Assembly: GCA_049570475.1 (NCBI GenBank)
Contig: CP186953.1
Location: 608,001 to 672,000, forward strand
Reading direction: 5' to 3'
From: Candidatus Methanosuratincola verstraetei
GTDB lineage: Archaea; Thermoproteota; Methanomethylicia; Methanomethylicales; Methanomethylicaceae
DNA: 64,000 nucleotides
Every line of letters begins with the position of its first letter. The first letter of the stretch is position 1. The translations under genes were made by a program, and so were the position numbers. The notes under the pieces were generated by a model, which ran no database searches, was not told the DNA's origin, and saw nothing but the letters and a program-made list of their open reading frames with translations. Shown piece by piece: positions 19,857 through 30,081 of the stretch.

Positions 19857-20494
19857 GCTTCGACATATTCATCTGCGGAGTGGGCGGGCAGGGGCTCGTG
19901 CTGCTCACCAACGCCCTGGGGAGGGCGTGCCTGAAGTCCGGGCTGAAGGCGGTGACCGGGGAGATGTACGGGCTGTCGCAGAGGAGCGGGACGGTCTCGG
20001 TCCACATGAGGATAGGCGAGGACGCACACTCGCCCCTGATATCGATCGGCGGGGCGGACGCCCTGGTAGCTCTCGAGGCGATAGAGGCCCTCAGGTACAT
20101 CGAGTACCTGAAGAAGGGCGGGCTGGCGCTCATCAACAGCAGGATAATGCACCCGCCGGTGGAGACCGCGGGGCTTGTGAAGGACAGGACAAAGAAGTAC
20201 TTCACGCTCGAGGAGGCGGTCTCAAGGGTCAAGAGGTGGACTTCGAGGGTCGCTGTAATCAACGCGCTCGCGACGGCGAAGGAGAGCGGCAACCCGAACG
20301 CCGAGAACACGGTCTTCCTCGGATGCCTTTCGGCACTGAGGGAGCTCCCCCTTGACCCGGAGAAGGTGAAGGAGGCGATAGCCGAGGTCGTCCCGAGGGG
20401 GACGGTAGATCAGAACCTTAAGGCGTTCGAGATCGGGATGCGGATGGCTTCCGAGGCACTATGCGACTTCGGCGTGTGCAGAAACTTGCGGTGA
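19853..20494 (+). CDS. iorB: Indolepyruvate:ferredoxin oxidoreductase beta subunit
   Basis: MSFDIFICGVGGQG, GLSQRSGTV; ATGA overlap with iorA. Confidence 0.93.
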   Translation: MSFDIFICGVGGQGLVLLTNALGRACLKSGLKAVTGEMYGLSQRSGTVSVHMRIGEDAHSPLISIGGADALVALEAIEALRYIEYLKKGGLALINSRIMHPPVETAGLVKDRTKKYFTLEEAVSRVKRWTSRVAVINALATAKESGNPNAENTVFLGCLSALRELPLDPEKVKEAIAEVVPRGTVDQNLKAFEIGMRMASEALCDFGVCRNLR

Positions 20495-20590
20495 ATAATG
20501 TGACGGATAGGCGCCCTAATACCCTCCTTCAGCGGAGGGAGATCGGATTCTGCACAGGCACGCAGCGCGAGGAGGGGGCTGCGGAGGCGC

Positions 20591-21010
20591 TCAGCCCTTT
20601 TTTGGGTCTATCGCGTAGACCTCGATGACGCAGTGGTCTGGATCCTCGAAGGATGCGGCGTAGTACCCTTCTACGAACTCCGGGTGCGCCTCGGGGGGGA
20701 AGAGGGGCTCGAAGCCGTTCTTCTCCATCTCGGATGAGACCCGGTCCACCGACCCGCGACCCTCGACCAGGAACGCGACGTGATCAGAGACGACCTCCTC
20801 GTCCCCGGACGGCGGCAGGCGCGAGACCCTGCGCGGGGTGGACCTGGCGATCCATATCTGTGTCGAGCCGTCCGAATACCCTGCGTGCTCCCCGGACTCC
20901 CCGACCAGCCTGAATCCGAGGGACCCGAGTAGCGCGTCATAGAACTTCCTCGAGGCTGCCACGTCGGATACCTCTATCCCTATGTGGCCTATCCTTGCTG
21001 TAATTGCCAT
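20591..21010 (-). CDS. VOC/glyoxalase family protein
   Basis: IGHIGIEVSD...SRKFYDALL, DHVAF, YYAASFEDPD..IE; start set at ATG 21010. Confidence 0.88.
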   Translation of the reverse strand: MAITARIGHIGIEVSDVAASRKFYDALLGSLGFRLVGESGEHAGYSDGSTQIWIARSTPRRVSRLPPSGDEEVVSDHVAFLVEGRGSVDRVSSEMEKNGFEPLFPPEAHPEFVEGYYAASFEDPDHCVIEVYAIDPKKG

Positions 21011-21137
21011 CACCGCGATATACTGCGCGGGTCGCCTCTTAAGGGTTGGGCTGGGGCTTTTCAGCTCGAGACGGTATTGGAGAAGCAGGCGAAAGTAGGA
21101 AAAGCAGGTGGCGGCATAATCTACCCCGGTGGTTTTG

Positions 21138-21440
21138 ATGCCTGGGGATCCGCATGAGGCGATGAGGAAGATCGACCAGAGGCTTTTTGAGCAGGTCGAG
21201 GGAACCAGGAGGTTCGCGTTCTCCGAGGGCGCAATCCCGGTCAAGTACAAGCTGCTGATCGCGATGGCGATCGACGCCTCGCACGGGGCCAGCGGCGGGG
21301 TGAGGGCGCTCGCGGAGGCGGCGATGAGGGCGGGCGCGACAAGGGAGGAGATAGGCGAGGCGCTGAGGGTCGCGTTCTACATAAGCGGGTGCGGGAGCTT
21401 CTACACGGCTGCAGAGGGCCTCGGCGACCTGCTAAGGTGA
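21138..21440 (+). CDS. Carboxymuconolactone decarboxylase / AhpD-like protein
   Basis: GAIPVKYKLLIAMA, AMRAGATREEIGEAL. Confidence 0.85.
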   Translation: MPGDPHEAMRKIDQRLFEQVEGTRRFAFSEGAIPVKYKLLIAMAIDASHGASGGVRALAEAAMRAGATREEIGEALRVAFYISGCGSFYTAAEGLGDLLR

Positions 21441-21464
21441 AGCAGGGTCTTAAGCACCTCCTTG

Positions 21465-21478
21465 TTTTTTTAAAAAAA
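21465..21478. terminator. Bidirectional oligo-T terminator
   Basis: T7A7 palindrome between convergent genes. Confidence 0.5.
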
Positions 21479-21725
21479 GAGCGACAGGTAGAAGGGCAGC
21501 GGGATCCGGGAGCAGAACCGGCAGCAATGCAATAAAACCAGGGATCTTAGCCGCGCTGTTTTCCGCGGGAGGCGAGGGGGTGAAGAGACGATCCTGCCGA
21601 CTCAAAGGAACCGTGAGAGGAAGATTTGATGCTGAAAAACCGATAGGGAGAAGCCGCCATCCCGACCGCCCAGAGGGCATTCCCCCAACCTGCAAGAACA
21701 GCCATGAATACAGGAGAAGAAGGGA

Positions 21726-22163
21726 CTATTCCGCAAGAGGATCAACAATGGCTATCTTCCAATCGTGCCACTTCACCTCGGTCAATGAAAGCAAGTCGCG
21801 ATCCCTCGTGAGCAGCACCGGTATCTTGTTCAGCAGGAAGCTGGCCAAGATAAGGGCGTCCCTCCCGCCGATCCCGTAATCCACTGCTATTTTTAGGGCT
21901 GCCTCGGACACGCGCCTGGTCTGGTTCACGAACTCGACATATGGGTGCCTGAGTACCAGAAGGAGGCGCCGCCTCGCCTCGCTGCGCACCAGCTTCTGCC
22001 CGAACACGAGTGCGTGGTAGGATTCGTGGACGACCGTCGGGTTCACGGCAACCCTGTTCCCGGGGCCCAGATCGAGGAGGATCCCCTTGAGCCGTTCATG
22101 CTCAGGATAAGCAGGGTCGAGGCAATTGCAGAGGACGTTGGAATCCATCCCGGAGAGCGTCAC
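21726..22163 (-). CDS. vapC: PIN-domain (VapC) toxin
   Basis: DSNVL, VVHE, DALILAS and TRDRD acidic PIN motifs; overlaps the antitoxin stop. Confidence 0.88.
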   Translation of the reverse strand: MTLSGMDSNVLCNCLDPAYPEHERLKGILLDLGPGNRVAVNPTVVHESYHALVFGQKLVRSEARRRLLLVLRHPYVEFVNQTRRVSEAALKIAVDYGIGGRDALILASFLLNKIPVLLTRDRDLLSLTEVKWHDWKIAIVDPLAE

Positions 22164-22399
22164 TTCCAGACCTCCTTCATCCGGCCTGGGGACCAGTTCT
22201 CCGGCTTACCGGTCCGTGGGGGATTCGAGAGGAGGGTTGACCTGAACCCCTCAAAGAAGTCCTTGCTTTTACTCTCGGGGGAGACCAGAATCCCGTCCGG
22301 GGTCCTCCTTAGGGCCACAACCTCCCCGAGCCCCTCCCTCATCTCGGGCGGTATGCGTATCCTCCCCTTCGAGTCTACCTTTACCCTAGCCTCCTCCAT
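22160..22399 (-). CDS. vapB: AbrB/MazE/SpoVT family antitoxin
   Basis: KVDSKGRIRIPPEMREGLG. Confidence 0.88.
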   Translation of the reverse strand: MEEARVKVDSKGRIRIPPEMREGLGEVVALRRTPDGILVSPESKSKDFFEGFRSTLLSNPPRTGKPENWSPGRMKEVWK

Positions 22400-22406
22400 T
22401 TCAAAA

Positions 22407-22427
22407 TCCCACATATATTGTGTGGGA
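22407..22427. promoter_or_regulatory. Inverted-repeat operator upstream of the first vapBC
   Basis: TCCCACA-tatattg-TGTGGGA, 7 nt upstream of the antitoxin ATG. Confidence 0.6.
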
Positions 22428-22617
22428 AAAGGAAAAAAAAGGCTTTCGGGCAGCGGCCGACCATGCGCACAGCCCTATGGTGAGAGATCACGACCCCGAT
22501 GGAGCATGGCAGCGAACCGTACAATTGTGCGCGAGCGAAGTCATTAGCTTTGAGCGATGGATCAAAAAAAGGCGGCGCGATCGCAAATTTGGCGTTCCGA
22601 CCTGAAGCGCGATATGG

Positions 22618-22639
22618 AAAAAAAGGGCGGAAGGCCCTC
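22618..22639 (-). terminator. Terminator of the surface-protein gene
   Basis: Minus strand AGGGC-cttcc-GCCCT followed by a T-run. Confidence 0.55.
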
Positions 22640-22641
22640 AC

Positions 22642-24189
22642 TCACTTCCGCTTCTTGAGCAAGAAGAAGAGGGCTGCGACCACCGCTGCTGCAACCACCA
22701 CGCCGGCGGCTGCGAACAGCATGGTGTTGTCACCGCCCGCAGGCTGGGCTTCTTGGACGCTTATCGACATGACCGAGGATGAGGCAGGGTTGTAGGCATC
22801 ATTGCCAGCGAGCTGGACCTGGATGGACCACGTGCCTGCCTTGTCCACAGTCACGTTCGCGCTGAAGGTCGAAGCGGTCGCGTTGACCGGTATCGAGGTC
22901 ACCTGACCGGACGGGCTTGTGACCCTTATGGTGATCTGCGCAGGGGATACGAACGGGGAGATCGAGCCGGTGATCGGGATAACCACCTGGCCCGCGCCGA
23001 GCGTCACCGAGGTCTTCGAAGCGGATATTGTGATTACCGGGGTAGCCTTTTGCGGGGAGGTCGCCGTCACCGTTACGTTGGGCGATCTCGCAGGGTTGTA
23101 GGCGTCGTTGCCCGCCCAGTAGGCGTAGAACGAATACGTGCCGGCCTGGGTGAGGTTGAAGCCTCTGGAGAAGGCACCCCCGACAAGCGTCTCATTCGAG
23201 AGCAGGGTTGCAGCCGAGCCGTTTATCGACAGGTAGATCGAGACGGTGCCGGGCTGCGCGGGAGCCAATGACCCGCTGAGCGTGATGGCGGTGCCGACGT
23301 TTACAGAGCTTGCGGATGGCTGCAAAGAGAGGGATGCATTCTGCTTGGCAAGCTCGTCCAGGAACGTGTTGTTGGAGATGGTGTTGTTGGTCGAGAGCGA
23401 ATCGACGCTGATTGATTTCGGGCCCTTCACAATGGTGTTGCCGGTGACAGTGTTGCTGCTGGAGAAGAAGAGGGAGATCCCCTGGGTGGTGTTGATGAGG
23501 AGGTTGTTCTTGACTGCGTTGTTGTTTGAGATGGAAAGGGTGATGCCTTCGTCAGTGTCGGTCAACTTGTTGTTTGAGACGGTGTTGCCGCTTGATGAGA
23601 AAAGGTGTATGCCCTGCGAGCTGTTGGTCAAGACGTTGTTAGAGACGTTGTTTGCGTCGCTCATTGAGAGGAAGGCGCCGATGACATTGTCGGTAAGCGT
23701 GTTGCCGGAGATCGTGTTGTTCGATGAGGACTCGGCGCGGACGCCGTAAGAGCTGTCGGAGATGGAGTTGTTCAAGACAGAAATCTTCGTGGACGAATAA
23801 ATCACGACGCCGTCGAGGCACCTCGAGATGGTGTTGTTCTCCACCCTGCCATTGGTGGCGTTTTGAAGCATTATCCCGGCGTATAGCCAGGTGCCCTGTA
23901 TGTTGCAGTTCCTAACTATGAAGTGGGCATTTGTGTTCGATATGGTGATGCCCGGAGTGAGGTTTGCGGCTATTGAATAACCCTCGATGACGTAAGGATC
24001 GCTGGCAGTCCCGCTGCCAGACACAACTCCGTTGGCTGAGGTGAAGGCAGAGTTGCCCACGATCTCGATTGGTGCTCGGTACTGCAAGGATGCCGGGGCA
24101 GCGGAGGCGCCAGACGGAAGCTGGAAGGCGAAAAGGAGCGCAAGTGTTAGGCACAAATAGAACTTTTTACAATTTAAAATTGGAAACAC
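22642..24189 (-). CDS. Cell-surface protein: signal peptide, right-handed beta-helix (NosD/CASH) repeats, two Ig-like domains, C-terminal TM anchor
   Basis: GASA cleavage site; GSGTASDPYVIE; repeated GIxLxxSSNNTISNN; hydrophobic tail ending KKRK; many N-x-S/T sequons. Confidence 0.85.
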   Translation of the reverse strand: MFPILNCKKFYLCLTLALLFAFQLPSGASAAPASLQYRAPIEIVGNSAFTSANGVVSGSGTASDPYVIEGYSIAANLTPGITISNTNAHFIVRNCNIQGTWLYAGIMLQNATNGRVENNTISRCLDGVVIYSSTKISVLNNSISDSSYGVRAESSSNNTISGNTLTDNVIGAFLSMSDANNVSNNVLTNSSQGIHLFSSSGNTVSNNKLTDTDEGITLSISNNNAVKNNLLINTTQGISLFFSSSNTVTGNTIVKGPKSISVDSLSTNNTISNNTFLDELAKQNASLSLQPSASSVNVGTAITLSGSLAPAQPGTVSIYLSINGSAATLLSNETLVGGAFSRGFNLTQAGTYSFYAYWAGNDAYNPARSPNVTVTATSPQKATPVITISASKTSVTLGAGQVVIPITGSISPFVSPAQITIRVTSPSGQVTSIPVNATASTFSANVTVDKAGTWSIQVQLAGNDAYNPASSSVMSISVQEAQPAGGDNTMLFAAAGVVVAAAVVAALFFLLKKRK

Positions 24190-24685
24190 CTCTGAGTGAT
24201 TTGGTCAAGAATGCTTTTTGTATTTATAGATTCCTGAAAAATGGATTTCCAGTCAAAATTTCGCGCGGATTGACCAAAGATCAATTTGTGGTAAAGAATC
24301 CAATGTGCAAACTCGAAGTTTGTTTTAGCAGGCGATTAAGAGCGGACTCTCCCCAAAGGCACAATCAAAGGTCCAAGAAGTAGCAGATGAGCGCACCAAA
24401 GCCGTACAAGACTGAAGGCTTCCGGCTGCCCAAAGATGAATCCATGGGCTTGAAGCTGAGGGGCGGTTTGATTCCATCTTTTCACACCCTTCATCCAAGG
24501 CGTGCCTGCCTACGGAGGGACCCCCAAGAACCTGGATCCGGTGATCCCGAAAGGGAGCGGCATCGCCGATTTCCATGAAGACCCGCCAGAATAAGGCAGC
24601 TCGCCATTTGCCAAAGATTTTCTGGGTGCCACGCCAGCTTGGGGAAAGGGCGGTCGAAGGACCATTCACACTGCCCAGCCCCAAA

Positions 24686-25675
24686 TCAAGTGCTACCTTC
24701 CCTCACCCTGAGGATCCCCTGGACGGCGGAGTCCAGCCTCGCCCTCTGATCAGCGGTCAGCTTCCCGATCCACCTCGTTGGGATGGATCCGTACCCCCAG
24801 TGCACCCCCGCCAGCCCCCCGGTTATCGCGCCGATTGTGTCAGCGTCGCCGCCGAGGTTGACTGCAGCAACCACTGCATCCTCGAAAGACTTGTGCTCAG
24901 TGAGCGCCCACAATGCGCAGATCAGGCTGTTCACTGCGTAGCCGGTCGGGTTCAGCGCGGAGACACTGATCGGGAGGCGTATCTCTGGCACGGAACGCCA
25001 GGCAGGCTCGAACTCCCTGAAGCCCTCAAGGCTTGACATCAGATCCTTCGCGCGCTGGAAGGCTGCGCCCAAGCCCAAGCCTATGCCCATGCTCTTCTCC
25101 CTCGTGCCCTCGAGAAGCTCCCTCGCGAAGAGGCAGTAGAGCGCGCAGGAGAGCCCCGCGATCGGGTCCCAGTGCGTCATCCTGGCTATCTCCACCGCCC
25201 TCCTGAAGACCGTCCTCGGGTCCGCGTAGGCGAGCGAGACGGGGAGCGTCCGCATCAGCGCCCCGTTCCCTGCGCTCCTTCCACCAAGCATCTCATGAGC
25301 CCTCTCGGCAGCCAGGTGCCATTCCCTATGGCTCAGGCCCCCCTGCTCCCATGCATGGAAAGCCGCCCTGATCGTCGGGCCGATGTCAGGAGGGTTTGTC
25401 GATTTCCACCTGATGAAGGCCGCGCCTATCCGAGGCACCGGATCGTCTGGGGATTCGGCTATCCCTTCGGCGACCGCGAGGGTCATCTCGGTGTCGTCTG
25501 TCCATGAGCCGGGCTTCAGGCTGAGCCACCCGCCGCCGACTATATCACGCAGCTGCCCGTACTTCCTCCCTATCTCGTTCCGGTCCAAATACTCGAGAGT
25601 GGCCCCGAGTGCATCCCCTATCGCCACCCCGTAGATTCCGCCCCTTATTCGCTCTTCGATCCCCCGAGGCCTCAT
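24686..25675 (-). CDS. ADP-ribosylglycohydrolase (DraG/ARH family)
   Basis: GVAIGDALG, WTDDTEM, DIG, GNGALMR, TH, GGDADTIGAITG. Confidence 0.93.
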   Translation of the reverse strand: MRPRGIEERIRGGIYGVAIGDALGATLEYLDRNEIGRKYGQLRDIVGGGWLSLKPGSWTDDTEMTLAVAEGIAESPDDPVPRIGAAFIRWKSTNPPDIGPTIRAAFHAWEQGGLSHREWHLAAERAHEMLGGRSAGNGALMRTLPVSLAYADPRTVFRRAVEIARMTHWDPIAGLSCALYCLFARELLEGTREKSMGIGLGLGAAFQRAKDLMSSLEGFREFEPAWRSVPEIRLPISVSALNPTGYAVNSLICALWALTEHKSFEDAVVAAVNLGGDADTIGAITGGLAGVHWGYGSIPTRWIGKLTADQRARLDSAVQGILRVREGST

Positions 25676-25921
25676 GCGAACTCATATAAAATATTGCAGA
25701 AGGCGGATAAGGCTTTTTGGCTCTGGGGGACCGCAAGAACCTCCGTTTCCTCATTGCCAAACAGCTGGGCAGCAGACCGGAAAAGTCGGAACCTTTCTGG
25801 AGAGCTTTTGTCGGCAATGATCAACAACAAGCCGCAGAGCCCAAATTGCTTTGCTGACCGCAATTCTCATTTATCGGAGCTGGTTTTACTCTATGTCCAA
25901 TTTGGAAGATAAAGATGGATC

Positions 25922-28318
25922 ATGCGTCAGGAGTTGTGTCGGATGGGCTCGGAAGCGGATTGCCTCATAAGGGCTGCGGAATCGGTCAAGGCCATAATCT
26001 GCAAGCTCAGCCCGGATGGGAAGATCCTGAAGATGAACAGGCACGGTCTGGAATTCCTCGGGTATAGGGAGGAAGAGATCATCGGCAGGGATGCCTTCGG
26101 GACGATATTCCCCCCGAAAGCCGATGCTGCCTCAGCCCCAGCCTCAACCGCAGGATCAGGATCAGCAGGATCGTTGCTGGAGAAAGCAATCCCGTCAGGC
26201 ACCCTCGAGGTCGTGAGGAAGGACGGCACGCGCGCCCTGGTCAACTGGTCGAGCTGCCCCTGCGGCGAAGGGGATCAGGAGGAGATAATCGCGATCGGAG
26301 TGGATGTCACGGAGCATTCGGACCTCGAGAGGATGCTCAAAGTGCGGGAAGAGAGGGACCGGGCAGTTCTCCGCATCATCTCCCTGCTGCTGCGGGAAGA
26401 CTTGGACCTGGAAGCCGTCTCGGACGCCGTGCTCGAGGAGGCGAAGAGGCTCACCGGGAGCGAGTACGGGTTCGTAGGAACGATCGATCAGGAGACGGGG
26501 GAGCTCGTCGGGCACACGCTACGCAAAGGGTGCGCATTGGGAAGTACGGCTACCCGCTTCGCGCCCGGACCAGACGGAGAGTACAGGTCGCTCTTCGGGC
26601 ATGCGCTAAACACAAGGACGCCCTTCTTCACAAACTCCCCCTCGTCCCACCCCGCGTCGCGAGGCCCCCCGGCGGGGCACATCCCGGTAAAACAGTTCCT
26701 GGCGGTCCCTGTCCTTCTCGACGCCTGCTACAGGCCGCTCGGGATCATTGCCCTGGCTAACCCGGAGGAGGGCAGGTACGATGCGGACGACCTCGAGGCT
26801 GTCTGCGAACTTTCATACTACTTCGCGCTATCGCTGAACAGGAGGCTCCTCGAGGAGAGGATCCGGAGGAGCGAGAAGTACTACAGGGAGCTGTTCGAGG
26901 GGATCCCGATCCCCGTCTTCCTTGTGAATGCAGACGGGAGGCTGGAAAGGGTCAACAGAGAGCTAGCACGCCTCCTCGGCTATCCGAAGGAGGAGCTGGA
27001 GGGCAGGAGCTGGGAGGACGCGGTACACCCGAAGCATCTCCAGAGGATGCGCGAGTACCGGAAGGCGAGGCTCTCTGGCGAAGGGAACGAGGCGCCGGTT
27101 TCCTATGAGACCACGCTGGTGAGGAAGGACGGCAGCCCGGTGGATTGCCAGCTCAACGTGGTTTTTGTAGAAGGCGAAAAGGGAAGGATCCTCGGCTCGC
27201 TCTTCGACCTCACCGAGATAAAGCGGGTCCAGCGTGAGCTGGAGGAGAGCAAGAGGGAGCTCGAAAGGCATGCCTCCTCGCTCGAGAAGCTGGTCGAGGA
27301 GAAGACGCTGGAGCTTATGGAGAAGGAGAGGCTCGCCGCGATCGGGGGGGTGGCGATGATGGTGGGGCACGACCTGCGGAACCCTCTCCAAGCCATAACG
27401 AACCTGGCGTTCACGATGAAAGAGGTTTTAGGCGAGGCCCAGCAGGAGGGGGCGTGCAGTGACCCTGAGTGCAGATCCGGGAAGAAGCTGTCTGCAGTTG
27501 CCGCCGAGCTATCGGAGCTGATACAGAAGCTGGAGAAAAACGTCAAGTACATGGACAAGATCGTCTCGGACCTGCAGGACTTCAGCCGCCCTCTGGCAGT
27601 GGAGCTCGCGCCCACAAGGCTGGGGAGGGTGATCGAAGACGCTCTGGTCAGCATCGATGTGCCGGAGAATGTTGAGCTGAGGATAGGCATAGGGCGCCCG
27701 GAGGATGGCGTCAGCGTTGATGCTGATGCAAACGCAAAAGAAAACGGTGGCGGATGGGCGATTGACCGAGGCAAGCTTGAGGATTTGGAGTTTTTGCTCC
27801 CCTCGCAGCTCATCGTGAGGATGCTCAAGAACCTCATATTAAACGCAATACAGGCCATGCCAGTCGGGGGCAGGCTCACGATCAGCGCATGGGTCGAGGA
27901 GGCGGCAACTGCATCGGGGGAAGCAGAAGAGGCAGCGGTCCCCACTACTGCTCCAGCTTCCGCCCCAGCTCCTGCTGCGGCTCAACCACAACCGCAACCA
28001 CAGCAACCGGCACAGGTACAGGTACAGGCACAGGCAGACTCACGCGGAATCGGGGGCAAGAATGCAGTTGTGGTCTTCTCGGTCTCCGACACGGGAAAGG
28101 GGATACCGGCTGAGATAATGAAGGATCTCTTCAAGCCATTCAAGACCACGAAGCCAAAGGGCACGGGGCTGGGGCTGAGCATCGTAAAGAGGATAGCCGA
28201 CGCGGTGGGCGGGACGGTAGGGGTGGAATCGGAGCCAGGGAAGGGGACCAGGTTCACGATAAGGGTCCCTGCTCACCCCATTGCTTATGAGGGGAGGGCG
28301 GAAGGTCGAAGCCCGTGA
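25922..28318 (+). CDS. Cytoplasmic PAS-GAF-PAS sensor histidine kinase
   Basis: PAS/PAC motifs (RKDG), GAF domain, H-box GHDLRNPL, NAIQAM, DTGKGI, KGTGLGL. Confidence 0.93.
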   Translation: MRQELCRMGSEADCLIRAAESVKAIICKLSPDGKILKMNRHGLEFLGYREEEIIGRDAFGTIFPPKADAASAPASTAGSGSAGSLLEKAIPSGTLEVVRKDGTRALVNWSSCPCGEGDQEEIIAIGVDVTEHSDLERMLKVREERDRAVLRIISLLLREDLDLEAVSDAVLEEAKRLTGSEYGFVGTIDQETGELVGHTLRKGCALGSTATRFAPGPDGEYRSLFGHALNTRTPFFTNSPSSHPASRGPPAGHIPVKQFLAVPVLLDACYRPLGIIALANPEEGRYDADDLEAVCELSYYFALSLNRRLLEERIRRSEKYYRELFEGIPIPVFLVNADGRLERVNRELARLLGYPKEELEGRSWEDAVHPKHLQRMREYRKARLSGEGNEAPVSYETTLVRKDGSPVDCQLNVVFVEGEKGRILGSLFDLTEIKRVQRELEESKRELERHASSLEKLVEEKTLELMEKERLAAIGGVAMMVGHDLRNPLQAITNLAFTMKEVLGEAQQEGACSDPECRSGKKLSAVAAELSELIQKLEKNVKYMDKIVSDLQDFSRPLAVELAPTRLGRVIEDALVSIDVPENVELRIGIGRPEDGVSVDADANAKENGGGWAIDRGKLEDLEFLLPSQLIVRMLKNLILNAIQAMPVGGRLTISAWVEEAATASGEAEEAAVPTTAPASAPAPAAAQPQPQPQQPAQVQVQAQADSRGIGGKNAVVVFSVSDTGKGIPAEIMKDLFKPFKTTKPKGTGLGLSIVKRIADAVGGTVGVESEPGKGTRFTIRVPAHPIAYEGRAEGRSP
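27983..28036 (+). repeat. Degenerate hexamer repeat encoding QPQPQPQQPAQVQVQAQA inside the kinase ATPase domain
   Basis: CAACCA/CAACCG units followed by CAGGTA/CAGGCA units. Confidence 0.7.
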
Positions 28319-28514
28319 AGGTGCGGAAGGACTCCATAAACCTGGACCATAGCGACGATCTTGGATGCAGGTTGCCAGCTTCGTGAGGATGAACAATTCG
28401 TATGAATATTACCATGGATACAACAGGAAGTGATTGGGGAATGGTTGTGTATCCATCCTCAAGAAGCTTGCCTATATCCAGCGCACCCAGAGCGCGTGGT
28501 CGGCTGATCGGGCA

Positions 28515-29567
28515 TTAATCATCGAAAAGGAACGAAAGCGAGTCCGAGGTTATCGGCTCCCTGGGGTCGACCTCCCTCTTCTCGAAGAAGGAGGGATAAA
28601 GATCGGCGTATCGGATCTCCCTCAGGTCGAAGCAGAACATCCTCGAGGGATTTTTAGGCTCCCCGCCCACGCCGATCATGATGCACACGGGCATCCCGAG
28701 CCTCTCCGAGACCTCACGCCACTTTTCGAGCTTGTCAGGCTTCGCGACGAATAGCTTGCCGTCCCTCATCCCCCTCCTGTACATGCACTCGAGGAAGAAC
28801 TCCTTACCCTGGACGATGTCCCTGATCCTGAAGTCGAACGAGCCATAGTCCTCCCAATCCTTGCCCCGTCCCTCCTTGTTCCAGGCGAGGACTTCGAAAT
28901 CGACCGTCAGCAGACCCCTCACGTACTCCTCGAAAGCCATTCCGAGCTCGAGGTTCTCCTGATTTATGGACGCAGGCTTCTCTGTGGAGGTCTGGAGATC
29001 CGGTGCTGGGGGCGATGGATGGGAGGGCGGCTGAGCCCCGCGGGGTCCGATCGAGAGCTTCTCGGTGTAAGGCTCCCGCTCGTAGAGCCCCCAGATCTCG
29101 TTGAACTTTCCCTCGATCTCAGGAGCCTCGGCAGGATCGTGCACGATCAGGAGCTCGATGTTGTTAGAGAGACCGTTCGCGGTGAGGTTGGCGGACCCGG
29201 TGACGGCTTAGTCCCCGTCGATCACGTAGACCTTTGCGTGGAGGCCGTAGTCCGATCGCAGGTCCCTGCACTTCACTATCAGAGCCTCGAACTGGGGGGT
29301 TCCCTTGGATTGGGGCACGGCCTCGCCCTTGACGAACTTCCTGATCATCTCGACCGCAGCCCCGTTGTTCTCGCAGTCCGCCATGATCACCCTGACCGAG
29401 ACGCCGCACCTGCAGAGGTTGAGGATCCGCTCCATGTATTCCTGGCTGATCCACGGGCTGCAGACGCAGACTCTCCTCCTTGCGCCGAGGAGCCTGTTCT
29501 CGATGTGCGCGCCGGCGCGGCGCCCCACGTGTATCTTCATCGCGCTGCCCCCGAATGGATCTGACAT
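28515..29567 (-). pseudogene. PLD (HKD) nuclease domain fused to a PD-(D/E)XK-like domain, interrupted by an in-frame TAA at 29208-29210
   Basis: Track ORFs 29208..29567 and 28515..29144 share a frame. Read-through gives LHAKVYVIDGD*AVTGSANLTANGLSNNIE, a complete HxKxxxxD...GSxN motif. The C-domain reads GMAFEEYV...FDFRIRD...FFLECMYR. Confidence 0.85.
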
Positions 29568-30081
29568 TAATTACGGCTGCAACTGTGTATTTATGCTTGA
29601 TTAGACGGCGCCCGCCGGTCCGGGCCAACGTGCAGAAGGAGGCGCCCAAGCGGCTTTCTGGATCGGCGGAGGGGGTCGCAGGGAGCGGGGTGGGTCGACC
29701 AGGGAGGGCTTTGGGCAGAGAAAAAATGCGCGTTTTCCTCAGCCCCCGCTGCGATGTGCCGAGGCCTAGGGCGGACTCCGGGCGCCAGGCAGCCCCCAAG
29801 CACAGGAACGGGAAAAAATGCAGGGCTAGGCAGCAAGAAAGCAGATGCTTTCCGGATTGCGTTGGAACGGCAGCCGGATGCGCACTGCAGCGATCTTGAT
29901 ACCACCCAAAAAACAAGTTCGGGAAAAAGTGTTTTTCTGAATTGTGCGAATGCAGGAGCACCCGGCACATGCTGCGTCCAGCCACAGCAAGCCTTACCGT
30001 CTTCAGAGCCCAGTCGCCTCCCAATTGACGGTTCATATCTGCCGCACCATGCATTAAAGCCCGGATTCTGGCAGACCGAAA

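Noticed and set aside
23390-23860. Periodic GTTGTT-rich sequence resembling a repeat array
   Set aside because: It is the coding pattern of the Asn-rich beta-helix repeats, not a CRISPR array or other DNA-level repeat.
25672-25863. 63-aa ORF with ATGA overlap onto the ADP-ribosylglycohydrolase, as a possible toxin partner
   Set aside because: No recognisable motif, atypical codon usage, and it covers the probable divergent promoter region.
28414-28456. Imperfect inverted repeat ATGGATACA...TGTATCCAT
   Set aside because: Single copy between convergent genes with no target-site duplication or second copy; at most a terminator-like hairpin, not supportable as a MITE.
29568-30081. Long intergenic stretch as a possible ncRNA (likewise 24190-24685, 34560-35120 and 38544-39060)
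   Set aside because: No tRNA, rRNA, SRP or RNase P hallmarks and no repeats recognisable by eye; an Rfam/Infernal scan would be needed.
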